A stretch of 64,000 bases of DNA from Raillietiella orientalis. Its lineage: Eukaryota. A model generated the notes under the pieces. That model ran no database searches and had not been told where the DNA came from. It worked only from the letters and a program-made list of their open reading frames with translations. The DNA lies in the NCBI GenBank assembly GCA_036172245.1, contig JAYWIR010000004.1, positions 1,426,001 through 1,490,000 of the forward strand. The letters run 5' to 3'. A program made the translations under genes and the position numbers. Of the stretch, positions 39,400-52,565 are shown in pieces (position 1 is the first letter of the stretch; each line of letters starts with the position of its first letter).

Positions 39400-42200
39400 C
39401 TCTAGCGAGAATTCCTTGCTCTGCTGGTTTCTAACATCCCTCTCTAGAAGTTTTTTAGCACGTTCCTAGAGGCCTTCTAAGCAGCCCAAGTCCTCTTCAG
39501 AATGAAGAGCCAGAATACTTTTATTCTCAACCAAGTTGACCAAACAAGAATGCTTTTATCATCATTAGCATCATCATTCCGGGAGAGTTTTCACGTGACT
39601 TGCGCTCGACTTGAACTTTGAGGGTCCCATTGTGGCGTGTGTGCTGCCGGAAAGAAACTCTCTGTGATCTTCGGATCAGTGGGTGATCGGAAGCGCACGA
39701 GAGCTCTTTGATTCGGGAAGAGAGGTGCCGAGCACTTTGAAGATGCCAGTCATACTGGGCTATTCGATAGGGATCTCATTCGAATGGAGTGGTATGCTCT
39801 GAAGGGGAAAGTCTCTTTTTTACGAAAAAGCACTCGAAAAGGAAGTACAGAAAAGGGAAAAGCAGCCATCACTTTTTCCTGTGAGGAATCTTCTGTCTTC
39901 CTCAAGGTCTTTTCACAGTTTTCAGACTGAAAGAAGAGAGAAATTCGGGATCGCTTCTTCTAAAATATTCAGCTTGCACAGGGGACGAATGAGCAAGAAT
40001 CGAGGTTGAAACATCCTGGTGAAGTGCTGCTCAACTGCTTTCATATCAATGATGCACCTGACATTGGACGACCCAGTGTGGTTCATCTGTTCGCTTTGTC
40101 TAGCTTTTTGGGTATCTCCCTCCTTACTCGGATTAACCGGCTGTCTTTTCGTCATCTTCCTGAATTCTTTAATTTTCAAGGCTGCTCCAATCTTTTCAAT
40201 CCATCATCAAGACTGACTTTGAACGTTTCCTCTTCCTAAAACTCTTTTATGGTGTCCTTTTCCGAGCCAAACTTCGAGGACAGGTGCTTCCGTTCGTGTT
40301 TGGGTAATTTTCCTCTTCCCACCGTGATTTGCTTCCCGCTTCGCAGCAGCTGATCAGTTCTTCATCTTCGTCGAGGTACTGCCACACTGGTAAAGGCAAA
40401 TTCCACCATAGCAACTGAGGAACCACGTCGAACTTCCAGCATCTCATTGGCGCGCATTCTCAGTTCGAGGAATTCTGGCTGGCTGATCTCCCTGCCCTTG
40501 CAGACAGCTACTGATGGAGAGTAAGATGATGCCATCAGCTGCCAGCATCCCGCTTTGTCACCCATCTCCGAAACTTCGCAGTCCTGAAGCGCGATCTCGA
40601 GATGAGATGATGCAAGTTATGCAATCCAGCTCTGTCTTCCAGAGAGCATGCCACTCATGACACGGAAGCTCAAGTAAGTCCGGACTGGTAAATGCTCGAG
40701 AATGCTCTTCAGCCTCAGACAAAGTTGCTTCATAAGAGAGATGCGGTAGTAGGCAAGAAATCTTCACTATTTTCGGGATTACTTCATCTTTCAACTAGCT
40801 CCTGCAATCCTGGTGCTCCAACTAGGAAGGACGCAGTGGTCTCATCAAGAAGTTGACGAATGGATTCTTTGGACGCTGCCGGACGGCTTCATCGTGCATC
40901 GTAGGAGTGGAAATTCTTGTGATTTCTGGATGTTGGAGGAAGATGCCTTGTCTTGAGAATAGTTCCTGGGTGATGCAGGTACCTGACAGCGTTCCGGCGT
41001 TACGACTGGAGGTACCTGACAGCAACCTCTGCGCTTCTTACAAGCTTCCTTTCCTCCCTGAGATGACCACCATCTTCCTGTTAACAAATGAAATCCTTCG
41101 ATGGGCCCTGTCTCATAAAAAGTTCAATACTTTGAGCTCAAGGAAGCGGTCACAGGTTTGGTGCTCTTCATTTTGAAGACGTGTCGGTGTGCCTCCGTCC
41201 AGTGGTCCGTTCTATGCGCAGGTTGCACACGTGTTACATTTTGATCCCAAGCGCGCTCTGGGTACATCGCTTCAAGCTGGGAATCCATCTACTCGGTATA
41301 TGGCAGTTCTTGGCACACTGTCTGTTTCCCATAGGACGTGCTATTGGAGACTATTGTGGATGTGAGAATGTGGCATTACTGCTTTGAAAATCAGCGCGTT
41401 CAATGACTCCTTTGGTTTCAGAGTTTCCAGTACGCTTTCGACATTCTTTCTAGAGAGCCCTGCCTTTGCATAGAGAGGTTCCCCTACAGAACCTGCCGAC
41501 TTCAACCGGTGTGGAACGTTCCAAAAGTCTTGAGTTTGGAATCCATCCCTGCAACCTCGGGTTCTCGAGATGAAATTGTCAAGGTTTTCCGGTAAGGTTC
41601 CATAGGGGTCTCTATGAGTTCCTGTGTGGCTCCAACAAGCACGAAAGACACTCTCCTGTCTATGAACTGAAGGAAAGTTCACTGGAAATTCCTGGCAACG
41701 ACCAGACCAGACTCGAGGGCTGTTCGCGTGGACCCCTCATTCACATTAGACCAGACCTCCAGGATCTCTCTGGAGTGTTGGCTGCTATGGCCAAGATCTG
41801 TGCTGAGCGGTTCCAGGAGAGTCCCTAAACCCCTCTGCGCATACCGTGGACTCTCTCACTCTCAAGAACCTGATCAGCTGCTTCCCTTCGATGAAGGAAC
41901 ATACTCAAGGCAGGAACGTCTCTGTCTTAGTGGCTGAGTGAGGGCTGGACTCTTGCGCGCCACGAATCCCCTCCAAGCGAAGCTCTACGCACTCCAGATT
42001 AGCAGATTCATTCTTTTCTGACTTCCACAGCGTATGCCATCACCATGCAGCTAGACGGCCGCAACACCTTGCATCTCATGGGTGTCGCCTAGGGCAACTC
42101 ATCCCAACGTTTGCCGTGTCTTAGCCAGATCTGCTTACAGAGATGGATTCGCCTGTGGTTCATGAGTCCGACATTCGAGCTTAAGCGCTCGCGCAAACTG
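39400..42200 (-). mobile_element. Decayed DIRS-like fragments (YR-like ~40.5-41.7 kb, RT-like ~39.5-40.2 kb)
   Basis: VRCIIDMKAVEQHF resembles RPIIDLR.LN.F; RAYHSIRM resembles DAYFHIPI; ALWKTEL..IISSRDRASGL resembles KT.FLLALAS.RR.SEL. Confidence 0.45.
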
Positions 42201-42299
42201 GACTTCTCTCCCAGAATTTGAGAATAGGTTAAGGTCATTTCGGCCTCAGGATCTCCGATCACTCTTTACGCTGGTGAAACTCCGTTCCCCTCCCGTTTC

Positions 42300-44100
42300 G
42301 ACGCGCGGCAGCTACCCAAGGGAAAATTCGAAGAAAACCTGTTGCCAGGTGGTTCGATCCGTCTTTCGCCTCCGTGCGCAGCTCTTACGACCAGCCTACA
42401 CGTCAGAACGCGAGGGCACGGCGCAAGCCAGAAGCCGCTCCGTCCAGTCGACTGCTGGCCGTCGATGCTTGGGAGCATCCCCAGTACCTCTTGCTTAGAG
42501 TAGGTGGTCCATCGGCGCGTTTCGATTTTACCCGTTGCCGCCGTCCTGCTGTACATAGAAACCAACACCTTTTGCGGGATCCGCTAAGCGTTGCATCGGC
42601 TGAGCCGCAACCCAGCAACGCAGTGTCGCATCGGAACCGGCTGGCAGACGAGCGGCTAGACGGCCGCCGTCCGGAAGCTTCTGGTGGGTTTTCCGCGGAG
42701 CAAATTCGGTCCTGCGCGCTGGAAGCTGCACTGGTTTTCCGGGAATCATGTCGGCGCTCCAAGAAGCGATTGCAATTCGCTGGTGCTCCTGGAGCCGCAT
42801 CTCCCACAAGGAATCGATCAGGGGGAGGAAGGGAGCGGCTGGAAAGCGTCCGAGAGTGTCCTCTTCCTTTCGCTACGTGGAGTTCCCTTTCGGTTCATTT
42901 TCCTCCAGGAAAAATCCCGGTGATCCGCGTCGAGATGCAAGCGGATGCGATGATTCTCCGATCCTGAGACTCGGAGAGGTAGAATCAGGCTGGGGATCGC
43001 ACCGGAGGCTCCTGGTAGCACCGTGGCGGAGACGATTCGGGAGGATTCTACACCGGGAAAGTGAAGCTTGCCTCCTGGAAAGGGATACAGAGGATCGACT
43101 GCGAAGCTCGGAACAAACTGCACTTTGGAAGGATGCTCGGGAACAAAAGGGAGGTTCCCCTCGGACGTTTGAGGATAAAGAGGCACGTTGCTCCCATTGG
43201 GAAGATGCAGTGGGAACAAGCCCTCCAATGGCAGGCAGGACGATAAATCCTGGATCTCGTTGGAGTGAGCAGAAAACGCTCCCAGGAAAAGACGCGCATC
43301 CCGAAGCCACTGAAGCTGCCAATACCAGTGGACGCTGAGGTCAGCGAGATCCCAAGAGCATCTGTATGAAGAGAAGAGAAATGCTTCGGTCCCGAAAAGT
43401 GCGGAGGACAACAAAGGGATAAGATTTCCCGTCCATGAGTGAGCATTCGGGACGAGTTGCGAGGTCCGAGAAGAGTCGCAAACGAAATTTCATCTTAAAA
43501 ATCCAAGACGGCTCTGTTTTGACATCCCATATGGGATCCCTGACGAAAGCACACATGGGATCGGGGAAACACAAGACGAATAGCAATCAGTGTATCCAGT
43601 GGAGCCTCAACGGCTGTTGGATCCAAAGATTATTGGACATCTTACTGATGAAGGACGCCCAAGGAGAACTGCTGCCGACTGATGCGGATGCAGACGGAGG
43701 ATCCTTGGAAACGATACTATAATCTCACAAGGATAGGACGAGAGGATTGCATAAACCGAGGTCTTCACAATCTTCTTGGTATCCTGTGCAACCCCACCGT
43801 TCGCTCAACAGCCCTCTCGCCAAGACGCAGCAGCAGCCAAAGTCGGGCAAAGTCGAAAGCATGCGAGCAAAGTCGGTGAGCGTACGCTCCTGAAATTTCC
43901 AGCTCTTGCAGGAAGCGTTTTCTTTCCTGGGACCGCGGGATTTGAATGGATCGGCTAGTGTGGAGAGAGCTAATGCTTGGCTTCCCAGCAGCGGGAGGCA
44001 AAGCACATTCGGGCTGATGTCTTCCTTCTTGTAGCCAGCTCTTGCAACCAGCTCCACCGGTCTACTTTCGAATGGGAAGCGCTCTTCGAGCAAGATGACG
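42300..44100 (+). mobile_element. Decayed DIRS-like element (gag/RT/RNase H remnants)
   Basis: 43632-43915 is clearly homologous, inverted, to 46075-46389. B-box-like GGTTCGATCC at 42351-42360 lies ahead of a Cys/His gag-like segment. Confidence 0.45.
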
Positions 44101-45899
44101 TAAGAAGTTTTTCGTCAGCACGTGTTCCTCCCCTCCTTCAGGGGGAACCAGTCAAAGGCGCACGCGAGCACGTCGCCTCGGGGCACGACACATGGGGCGG
44201 ACTCAAGAGAGAGCGGGAAGAGCCGTCGGATGCTCCTGGTGTGACCCGCGGATCCTCGACCAGCCATTGGAAACGACCTGAAATGCTGGCGGACGAGAAG
44301 AGGAAAGAAAACCCTGGATCATCTTTCGGACGCAGCTTCCCACGCCCGAGAAGCCCTCCTTTCTCTCTCTCGCCCTTAGGGAACCTGATATCAAATCTGT
44401 CTCTCGTGTAGGCTGGGGAGTGGACACCCACGGCGCGATGTGACTGGCTTCGGAGCCGGAAACGTTCGGGTCCGACTTCTTCCCCCAGGGGAGTCGATTT
44501 ATTTGCGCTCGCGGGAAATCGGAGGCACTCGAAGCGGCGGCGGCTCTCCCTTTCTTCGCGTCCGCTACAAGCAGCGGCGGTGGCGGGGTCGCGGGACCGC
44601 CGCTCAGCTGGCAGGGGATGCTCAAATCGAGATGAGCTCCCTGTTTGCTGACAATGGAAGGAGTGGGTGTTCCCATTCCGGACGAGGAGGCGAGGACGCA
44701 AAAGACTCTCGAGGACAGGGGAGTCATCCCCTAACGAAACGCATGACGAACCTAAAGGAGACACCTGGTGTCAGCGCTTGCGTGGCGGAGTAAGGGTCGG
44801 ACGAAACCAGAGGTAGTCGGAAACAAAGCAGGACGGAAAGAGGAAAGGGAGAGGTGGATCCCCCCCCACTCCTCCTCCTTTCCTCCAAATGCCACTCACG
44901 TTACGGCATGCGGTGCACTGGATGGATTCTGGAAAACACACCCCTCCGAGGAAGGATGAACGACCGGCTGACGACGGCGGCACTTGCCCACACGGACGCG
45001 GAGTCTCTCTGCTCATTTCAAAGCTCGGCAGGGAGAGCAAAGGACCAGTCATGAAGAGGGTAGGGGGGCGGGGAGCGCCTCGCCCTAGTGGAGCGCAAGC
45101 GTGGCATCCTTCCCGCGAGGGAACGGTGCTCAACCTCGACCTCCCTCCCATTCCTGCACGGAACGGCCGCCGCTTCTCTCTGCGCTCGACCGCACTCCCG
45201 CCGACTCGGCTCCCCTCGAGTCGCCGCCTGAGCGCTGCACTAAGCCCGCGAACGGCGCCCCACCTCCGAGGGGGAGAGTTGACACGCGCCACAGGAACGC
45301 AGCCACTGCTTGCCCTTTTGTATACGTGGTCGTTTTGCTTGCGCGCTTGAGTCTCCTCCTCCGAGGATGCAGCCTCGGACATTCTAACGAGCCACCCTCT
45401 CTTCGTTTTCGTCTCTCAAGAGCTCACTTCCATCTGTTTTGCCTTGCTGATGAGACGGGAAGCTGCAACGACTAATCAGCACGGTTTTCAAGTGCCAACT
45501 CCTCACATGTGTGCATGTGCGCTCTGAGTGTGAGTGTGTGTTCATACATGTTTGCTTATATATATTTGCTCTTACAGGCATACATTTACATACATATATT
45601 TGTTCGTATATGTTCCCAAACTCTGATGCCATGGATACCATGAATTCCTAGTTTTGACACATCTGGCACAAAGAAGGACTCTGGTCTGAGCTGAGTGGTT
45701 CGTTCAGGCCCACGGAAGATGCCGTACAGAAGCCTCCGCCTCTTTGCCAGAAGCTGAGGGAAGCCACCAGTCAACAGGAAAAAACCCGAACGCGTCCACC
45801 ACCATCAGAGGCGGTTAACTCCAAAGACTCTTTGTTCCTCCAAACTTTTGTTCCTCCGTGCAAACCAGGCTTGCCAAGAGTCTGCCTTCCCGCATGAGG

Positions 45900-47100
45900 G
45901 ATCACTTCCCAAGAGGGTTTGACTTTTGTGCAGAACGCAGTTGCCGAGCGTGCTGCTTGCTTACCACTTCCCCCGCTCTGGGAGACAAAGTCTGCTCGTA
46001 GCTTTCCCTTCAGCTCTGATGAGCCCAGGAGTCAGCTGGTGCCATTCTCGTCGGGGCATTGGTGTTCCTGGGTTTCCCGGGAACGAACGCGTCCAGCAGG
46101 AGCTGGAAATTCATGGAACGTATGCTGGTGAACTTTGCTCGTTGCTTCCAGCTTTGTCCGCTGCTCTGCCACTCGGCTGCTGCTGCGTCTTGGAGAGAGA
46201 GCTGTTGAGTGAACGGAGGGGTTGCACAGGGTACAACGGGTGGTCTCGACAAGAGGATTTGAAGACCTCGGTTTTTGCAATCTTGTCCTGCCCTTATGAG
46301 ATCATAGTATCGTTTCCAAGGATCCTCCGTCTGCATCTGCATCAGTCGGCAGCAGTTCTCTTTGGGCGTCCTTCATCAGCACAATGTCCTGATCTATGGG
46401 ACATCTTGTCCTTCGAACGCTGACAAAACCCGAGAAAACTCCTTCCCCTCCTCTTCATCCAGAATCCCCGTTTGGAGAAAAGCATGCGGTGGTCGGGAGC
46501 GCTGTGGAGATTTCTTCCTCATGGTTCCGAGAGCGGCACTCCTGGTGCAGGTCCGAACACTTCCACTTTCACCCTGCCTAGAGCTTGCTTCCAGCCCTTC
46601 TGCTGGTGGTTTCTAACTCACTCAGCAGTGGGTCCAACGTTCTTTTGCGACCCATCATCTGATATATGGGAATCGTCAGCAGTGTCGCGAGGTCCATCAA
46701 CAGTCTTCCAGAGAAGAAAAAGACTGTTTCGGCTTTGAATTCTGAAACCTGAGGTAGCCCTTGGCTTTCCTTCTAGAAAGGATCATGGAACTGCAAGATA
46801 AAGTAGGTGTCCAATGAGATTGGGAAATCAAGGGACGCGCATGTTCTTCGGGGGGTCTGAGCAAATCCAGAGAAAATGGGATAATGATTTTTCGATTCTT
46901 CGAGAGGTCCGTGAGCTCACCCAGAGGCAAGGAGGGTCAAAGGAAATATTTCAGAAGTTCACTCAAAACGAGTCACCTGGAAAGAGAAGGAAGCAGACTG
47001 ATTGGAGACGCGCGAAACACCATCCTGTCCGGAGACGGTTCCATCTCCGTCTTCCGTGGTCACAGGCGGAAGACCGTGCTCTGCTAAAAACTGCCGACCG
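45900..47100 (-). mobile_element. Decayed DIRS-like RT/RNase H fragment
   Basis: LTDLSKNRKII, SLDTYFILQF and RRKAKGYLRFQN resemble DL..LN, DLKDAYF and SRKYLRF. They are followed by the segment shared with 43632-43915. Confidence 0.5.
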
Positions 47101-47649
47101 AACTCTAGCTGAAGACGATTTCCGACGTCTCCGTAGTGGCACTTTTAGGCGAGAGACGCAGCCAACCTTTTACGAAGGTGGTTTGAAGATGACGTCGCCG
47201 CCAGAAGGAAAAGGCGCCTAATTCAGCGGCGGTTGGAGGAAGACATTCGCTCGGAGTCGCTGCTCGGCTTTCCACCCACAGCCAAGAGCCGACGACACCC
47301 CCCTCTTCCCGGAAGTCGGTTTCGGGGGGTTCGTGGCGAGCAAAGAGAGGCCTTGAGGGCTGCTCCCTGGAGATGCAGTCTCTCGGGTCTCCTTCCGGAG
47401 CAGCCGTCGTTGCTGAAGGAAGAGAAGGCCTTTTGGGAGGCAATGCGCAGCTGTCCCGCACAGAGCCCGGAACTGCGGATTATCCTCTACGGAGCTGCTC
47501 TGCTTCCTCGCGGTCGGGAGGCCTTCACTGCTTGCGGGGGTTCCCTCGGTTATACAGCTCGTTGACCAGAAAGCTCTTACGCCATCGGTTCGACGGGTGG
47601 CGCCCTGCCTTGCACGGGAACGTGGGTATCACCAAGAGACGCACGAGTC

Positions 47650-48700
47650 AGGAGCCTCCCTTCCAGCTGGCACCGACTTTGTGTCCCCTTAGAATCTTTA
47701 CTCAGCTGCTAAGCAACAAGAGTTCGTCGAAAATCCAGTGGCAACGCAGCATCCCTGTCCTCAGGAGCAGCAAACCATCAACTTTATTTGAAAGCGCGCG
47801 CACGTAAGGAAGGCAAGAGCTGATGGAAAAAGGTCTTCCCTGTTTGAACCTGCCCCGGGTTTGCAGCGCATACATCTCCAGAGGTCGCAGGAACGGTGAA
47901 CTTTTCGTTTTCCGGATCCTTCTGGATCGTGGGCCGCAGAGGGAAAACTCTTGGGGCGTGGAACGACCTTCGCTCTCGGAAGGGGGGAGGAACGGGCTGT
48001 TGCAACTGGTGACCAGAATTCCTCGCCGGTTTCCGGAAACCAGCGTGGTCGCTCCTGGGACGAGGAGGGAGGGAGCGGGGCGGTAGCTTCCTGCCATGTT
48101 CGTTGCCGCGGCCAGTGAGAAGCCGATATGTGTGGTGGTGGGTCCCTGGCAGAGGTCCTTCAGGATGCTCCACAAAGAGGAATGGTCAGAGTGTCCAGCA
48201 GCCCCTGCCTTTGTCCACATCTTGCGCAAGCGTTCCCTGGGAGGAAGCCGAAGAAGGGAAGGAAGATTCCTTCGTGAATCCCGGAGGGATCGAGGACAGG
48301 GGAGATCGAAGCCGGGAAGCGGTCACTCTGGATGGCGCATTTGACGTTGCTGCTGGAGAAGCTGCTTTTCGACATCTTGACTCCCACCTTTGCCCCTTCC
48401 GGGATGATACATTGGATGTGGATCCTTCCATCTTGCCTCACAGAGGGGAGCAGGTGGGAAGGTGGGGGGCCAGGAATCGCCCATGTCCTAGGGGAATCGG
48501 AATCCGGTCCGTGCGAATGGGCGAACGACTGGGGAGGTTCCTGTCTTCGTGCCTCGCCCTTCAGTGGTCCGGTCCTTTCGACGGAGGAAGTGAAGACGGA
48601 AGAGCAGGACCCCGGTTTGCGAGGAAGGATGGTGGGCCGCGGAAGACCAGATCCAGTAATGTTTGGGGAAGAGGGCGGGGTGGGATGTCAGAGGGCAACG
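47650..48700 (-). mobile_element. Decayed DIRS-like tyrosine recombinase fragment just 3' of hkb
   Basis: LWSILKDLCQGP, TLVSGNRRG and FLRPLEMYALQTRGRFKQGRPFSISSCLPYVRALS resemble WD...VL..L..P, LALAS.RR and LCPVRAL..YL.RT...R....LFISF.KP....S. Confidence 0.5.
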
Positions 48701-48849
48701 ACCCGGGTCGGACGGCTGCCTCCTCTGCTACGTGTGCGTGGGAGGGGAGGCTGGGGGGGAGGGAGGGAAGGGCTGGAGGGTGTCCCCTTTCCGATTCCTG
48801 CTCTCACTGAAAGGAGGGGAGGGGGGAGAGAAGCGATGCCGGCGCCGTC

Positions 48850-49073
48850 TCACGGGAAGTCCGAGAGGAGCACGTAGGGCATCTGGTACAGGGCCAGCTT
48901 CCTGTGGGTCTTCACGTGCTTCTTCAGGTGGTCCTTCCTCCCGAAGCTCTTGGAGCAGACGAGGCACGGATACGGTCTGACCCCGGAGTGGATCCTCTTG
49001 TGCCTGGTCAGCTCCTCGTTGCGGGTGAAGGTCTTGCCGCAGCCTCCGTGGTCGCACTTGAAGGGTCTTTCCC
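48850..49073 (-). CDS. hkb: huckebein terminal exon (zinc fingers 2 and 3)
   Basis: Acceptor gttccag|GG restores the TGERPF linker. Encodes KCDHGGCGKTFTRNEELTRHKRIHSGVRPYPCLVCSKSFGRKDHLKKHVKTH; the FTRNEELTRHKRIH finger is diagnostic of hkb. TGA at 48852-48850. Confidence 0.92.
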
Positions 49074-51503
49074 CTGGAACGTGATCCGGGTGACGGCGAA
49101 TCTTCGCTTCCCTGTCCCCCGTTCCCATCTCCATCTTCCCCTCCTCCCGGGTAAGAGGTCCCTTCGAGGGTAAAGGGCGGGAGGGCGAGCGCGCAGCCGC
49201 GGCGCACAAAGGGAGCGGCGGGATCGGTTTCGGATCCCGGGGAGCCTGCCTGCCCGAGCGACTGTCCAATTAAAGTTATTTATAGATCGATTTCGGCTCT
49301 GCCGCGCGCGGCGAAACCTCGGCTTTGTCGGCGGGCGCGCAGCGCGCCGAGGTGTTCGGAAGGCGTCCCTGAACAGAATTCCCGGCCTGCTTTCGCGAAA
49401 ACAAAACAGGAAAAGGAAGGTGGAAGAGAATAAAGAAAGAGGGAGAGAGAGAGAGAGGGAGAGAGGGAGAGGAGAAAGCTCGGTTACAGGGCCGTTGCCA
49501 CGCGACGCCGCCCAGCCTCCGGGAGAGTTTCTTGCTTCTCGAAGTTTCCCAAGGGAAGCTGAGCGCGTGCACATGTCGGAGAACCAGACGCGGGTCGCGC
49601 AGTCGCGACCCCCGAGGGAAGGCTCCTGGCTGAGGGCTCCTCTCGGGAGGAAGGGGAGGGGAGAAGGAACGGAGATCTCCTCCCCCTTTGTTCCCAGGAG
49701 GAGTTCCTGAGCCTCCCCTGCTGCTTCCGCCGTCGCTGAGGCGTAGATTTTCTCTGTCCTCCTCGCCGGTCGAGAGGCGAAGGTGACCTCCTGGCCAGGC
49801 TCCCTCAGACTCCCGGGAGAACAAAGGTGGAAACACCCTCGGGAAAGCAACCCAAGGGACAGATGCCTCATGGCCTGAAGATCCCCCATTCCAAAGGATT
49901 AGGTCGCTCCCAAGGTCGTCTCAGAAGTGCCGAAACGCGAGGGAGGGTGGGGTGGGAGGAAGATCTTCCACCTCATCCCTCTTTCCTGGGATTCCGAAAG
50001 GGAAGAGGAGCGGTGCACCTCTCCATTCGACGGTTCGCTTCCACCTTTCCCAAAAGGGAGTGGGGTCGCAGCAGCCCACGCCTGCGTGTCGGGGACGGAA
50101 GATCTCCCTTCCCCCCTGATCCGTGCGTCGGAGGGGAGTGGACGGGCCGTTCCTTTTCCCAGTCGCTGTCTCTCCTCCAGACGAACCTTCCCGAGTTCCT
50201 TCCTTCTGCCGCAACTCGCAGTCGGCGTGCATATTTCGGGGAACGGGACGCCTAGCGGTGTCCTGGCAACCCGTACTCTCTCGCTCTCACTCACGATCTC
50301 GGGGCGCCGCAGCTTTCCCAAAGGCGGTATGCACCCAGAAAGTCGCCGATGGCATCGGCAGGAACTCTCACTTTTTCTGAGCGAAATGTCGCAGTACAGC
50401 ATCCTGATGAAGAGATGGTGGCGACGATGATGGTGATGATGGAGAGGAATGGGAACGAGAAAGGAGGTTAAGAGTGACGGGGATGGTGGTGGCGGTGATG
50501 ACGACGACAGTGGTAAAGGGACGAGGTGAATGAGGTCATCAAGGGGAGGCAGCTCCCATTGGACGTCTATGACGCCGGCTGATTCGCAGTAGCTCCTGGG
50601 GATGCTGCAAGACCCGCGACTTCCGAGAACTCCAAGACCGCTGAGAGTCATCAAATCCCTCGCAGAATTTTCCATTTTTTCTCAGCTCCCCTATTCCTCC
50701 TCCTCTTCCTCCTCCTCCGATTACTGTCTTCGTTCTTCCTCATCATCCGTGAACTTGGTCCAGGACGGATGAGCAAAGCTTGGATTCTTAAGGCAGATCC
50801 GGCTGGTGATAACCACGTCTCGGACCAGGCAGCGGAGCTGCTGCTGCTGCTGCTGCTGCTGCACCAGGAGACGCCCATTCCTTCCGCCGTGGGCGACTTG
50901 TTCCTTGCGGTCCGCAGAGGAAGCCGGGCCAGGCTACCCCCCTTGGACGTCCCTCTGCTCAAATCTTCCGCTCGAATCTGGCTTGGAGCGAGCTGTCTCT
51001 CTCGGGATACGAGTGGAGGGGTGGGAAGGTGGTGATTAGGAGTCACGATCCCTTTTCCAGATGCCCACCCTTTCGCCGCTAGCCGGCGCGCACGCAGCGC
51101 ACGTAGAACACGCGCACGTGTTCCTAGGGTGTTTGCTTCGGGGTCCCCCAGGAAGGGGCGAAGGCAGGTGGAGAGGCGTTCGCTACCCTAAAGTGGCTTG
51201 AAGGAAAGGTAAAAACGAGGGGGCATCTCTTCTGCGCGGAAGAGAAGTCGCTCGGGACGTCATGTGCGCCAGTCCGCGACGGCGGCGGATCTGCGGTCGC
51301 TTCTTCCTTGTTTCTCCGCTCGGGAGGGGTTGTCCTGGGCGCGCTTTCTCCCTCCCCGTCCCTTTCGCCTTCCTTGCCACAGCCCTCTTCCGTCTCCACA
51401 GTAAACCCAGCTGCTCCCTCTCCCCCCCTGCGCGCCCTTCCACAGTCTGTCCCTTCTCCCTACGTGCACGCATTCCTTCTCCTGCGCGGGCGCCACCGCC
51501 TAC

Positions 51504-52227
51504 CTGTATGAATCCGGATGTGGCCCTTCAGCTGCCCATTGTTGCTAAAGGCGACGTCGCAGTGGGGACAGCGAAACTTCTTGGGCCTCTGCCTCCTCGT
51601 CCTGTGGCCGGTGGGGGCTACACTTGCCACGGCGGTGACGGCGTCCTCTCCCGAGTTCCACATCGCCAGCTGCTGGAGGCTCCAGGTCCCTGCTTGCATC
51701 CACTCCCAGACGCCGTCCGGGCGCGTCGGGATGGCACCGGCGTTCCCCCCTCCTCCGCAGAAGATGGGGTACCTGCTAGGGCCGTGGGCGTGGGTCCACC
51801 ACCGAGGAACGCTCCGAATGGACGCCGCCGCTGCCCAGCAGCCGGCACCTGCCAGGCGCTCGGCCTCCGCTCCGGGTGGCTCGAGGCAGCCCGCGGGACT
51901 CTTCAAAAGAGTGGCTTCTCCGTCGTCGCAAAAGCAGCCTGCGAAGGAGGGTCGGGGTCGCCGGCTGTAGGGCCGGAGGTCGCAAAGGGGTCCCTCCTCG
52001 CCGTCCCTGCGGCGCGACAGCAGGTGGAAGGCGGAGGCCCCATCCTCCGCGCGGGAGAGGGCTTTGCGGGGCAGCGAGCCCTTCCTCGGAGAGGCGGGCT
52101 GTCGCTCTCCAGCTGCCACCGTCCCCGCGGCGGCGGCCCAGGGCCGGAAGAGCTCGCCCCCAGGGCAGCAGCCGCCTTTTGCTCCGCTGGCCGGCGTCGT
52201 CGTCGTCGTCGCCGTCGTGGTCACCAC
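51504..52227 (-). CDS. hkb: huckebein C2H2 zinc-finger transcription factor, coding exon with N-terminal region and finger 1 (start uncertain)
   Basis: Open frame with LFRPW motif and RPKKFRCPHCDVAFSNNGQLKGHIRIHT, which I recognise as the hkb first finger. Donor CATACAG|gtagg at 51504/51503. The 5' boundary is placed tentatively at an in-frame GTG (52227); the frame stays open to 52830. Confidence 0.85.
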
Positions 52228-52532
52228 GGCAGTGCCGCCTTCCGGGAGACTCGGAGGCGGCGGGTCGTCGTCGTCACCATCGTGGCGGTTCGTCACGTCT
52301 CTCGTGGCTCCCTGCCGCGCCCCTGCCCCTCTCTCCCTTCTTTCCGATCCCTCCCTCCCCTCCCCGCCTCCACCGCCGCCCCAATCAGCGCGCGGGAGCG
52401 CGGGCGCGCGACCGGCAGCCGAGGCGGGAGCGCGCGCGTGGCCGAGCGCCGAGGGCTCGGAGGCGGGGCCTCGCGCCCAGCCAGCCCGCCGGCGGCAGCG
52501 TGGCGGCGCGTCGGGAGACTGGAGGAAGGGAA

Positions 52533-52565
52533 GGGAGGGAGGGAGGGAGGGAGGGAGGGAGGGAG
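52533..52565. repeat. (GGGA)n microsatellite, a polypyrimidine tract on the minus strand
   Basis: gggagggagggagggagggagggagggaggga. Confidence 0.9.

Noticed and set aside
49899..51046. ORFs with poly-His, poly-Ser or poly-Leu runs inside the hkb intron
   Set aside because: Produced by simple trinucleotide repeats; the two flanking exons already join in frame to rebuild the TGERPF linker.
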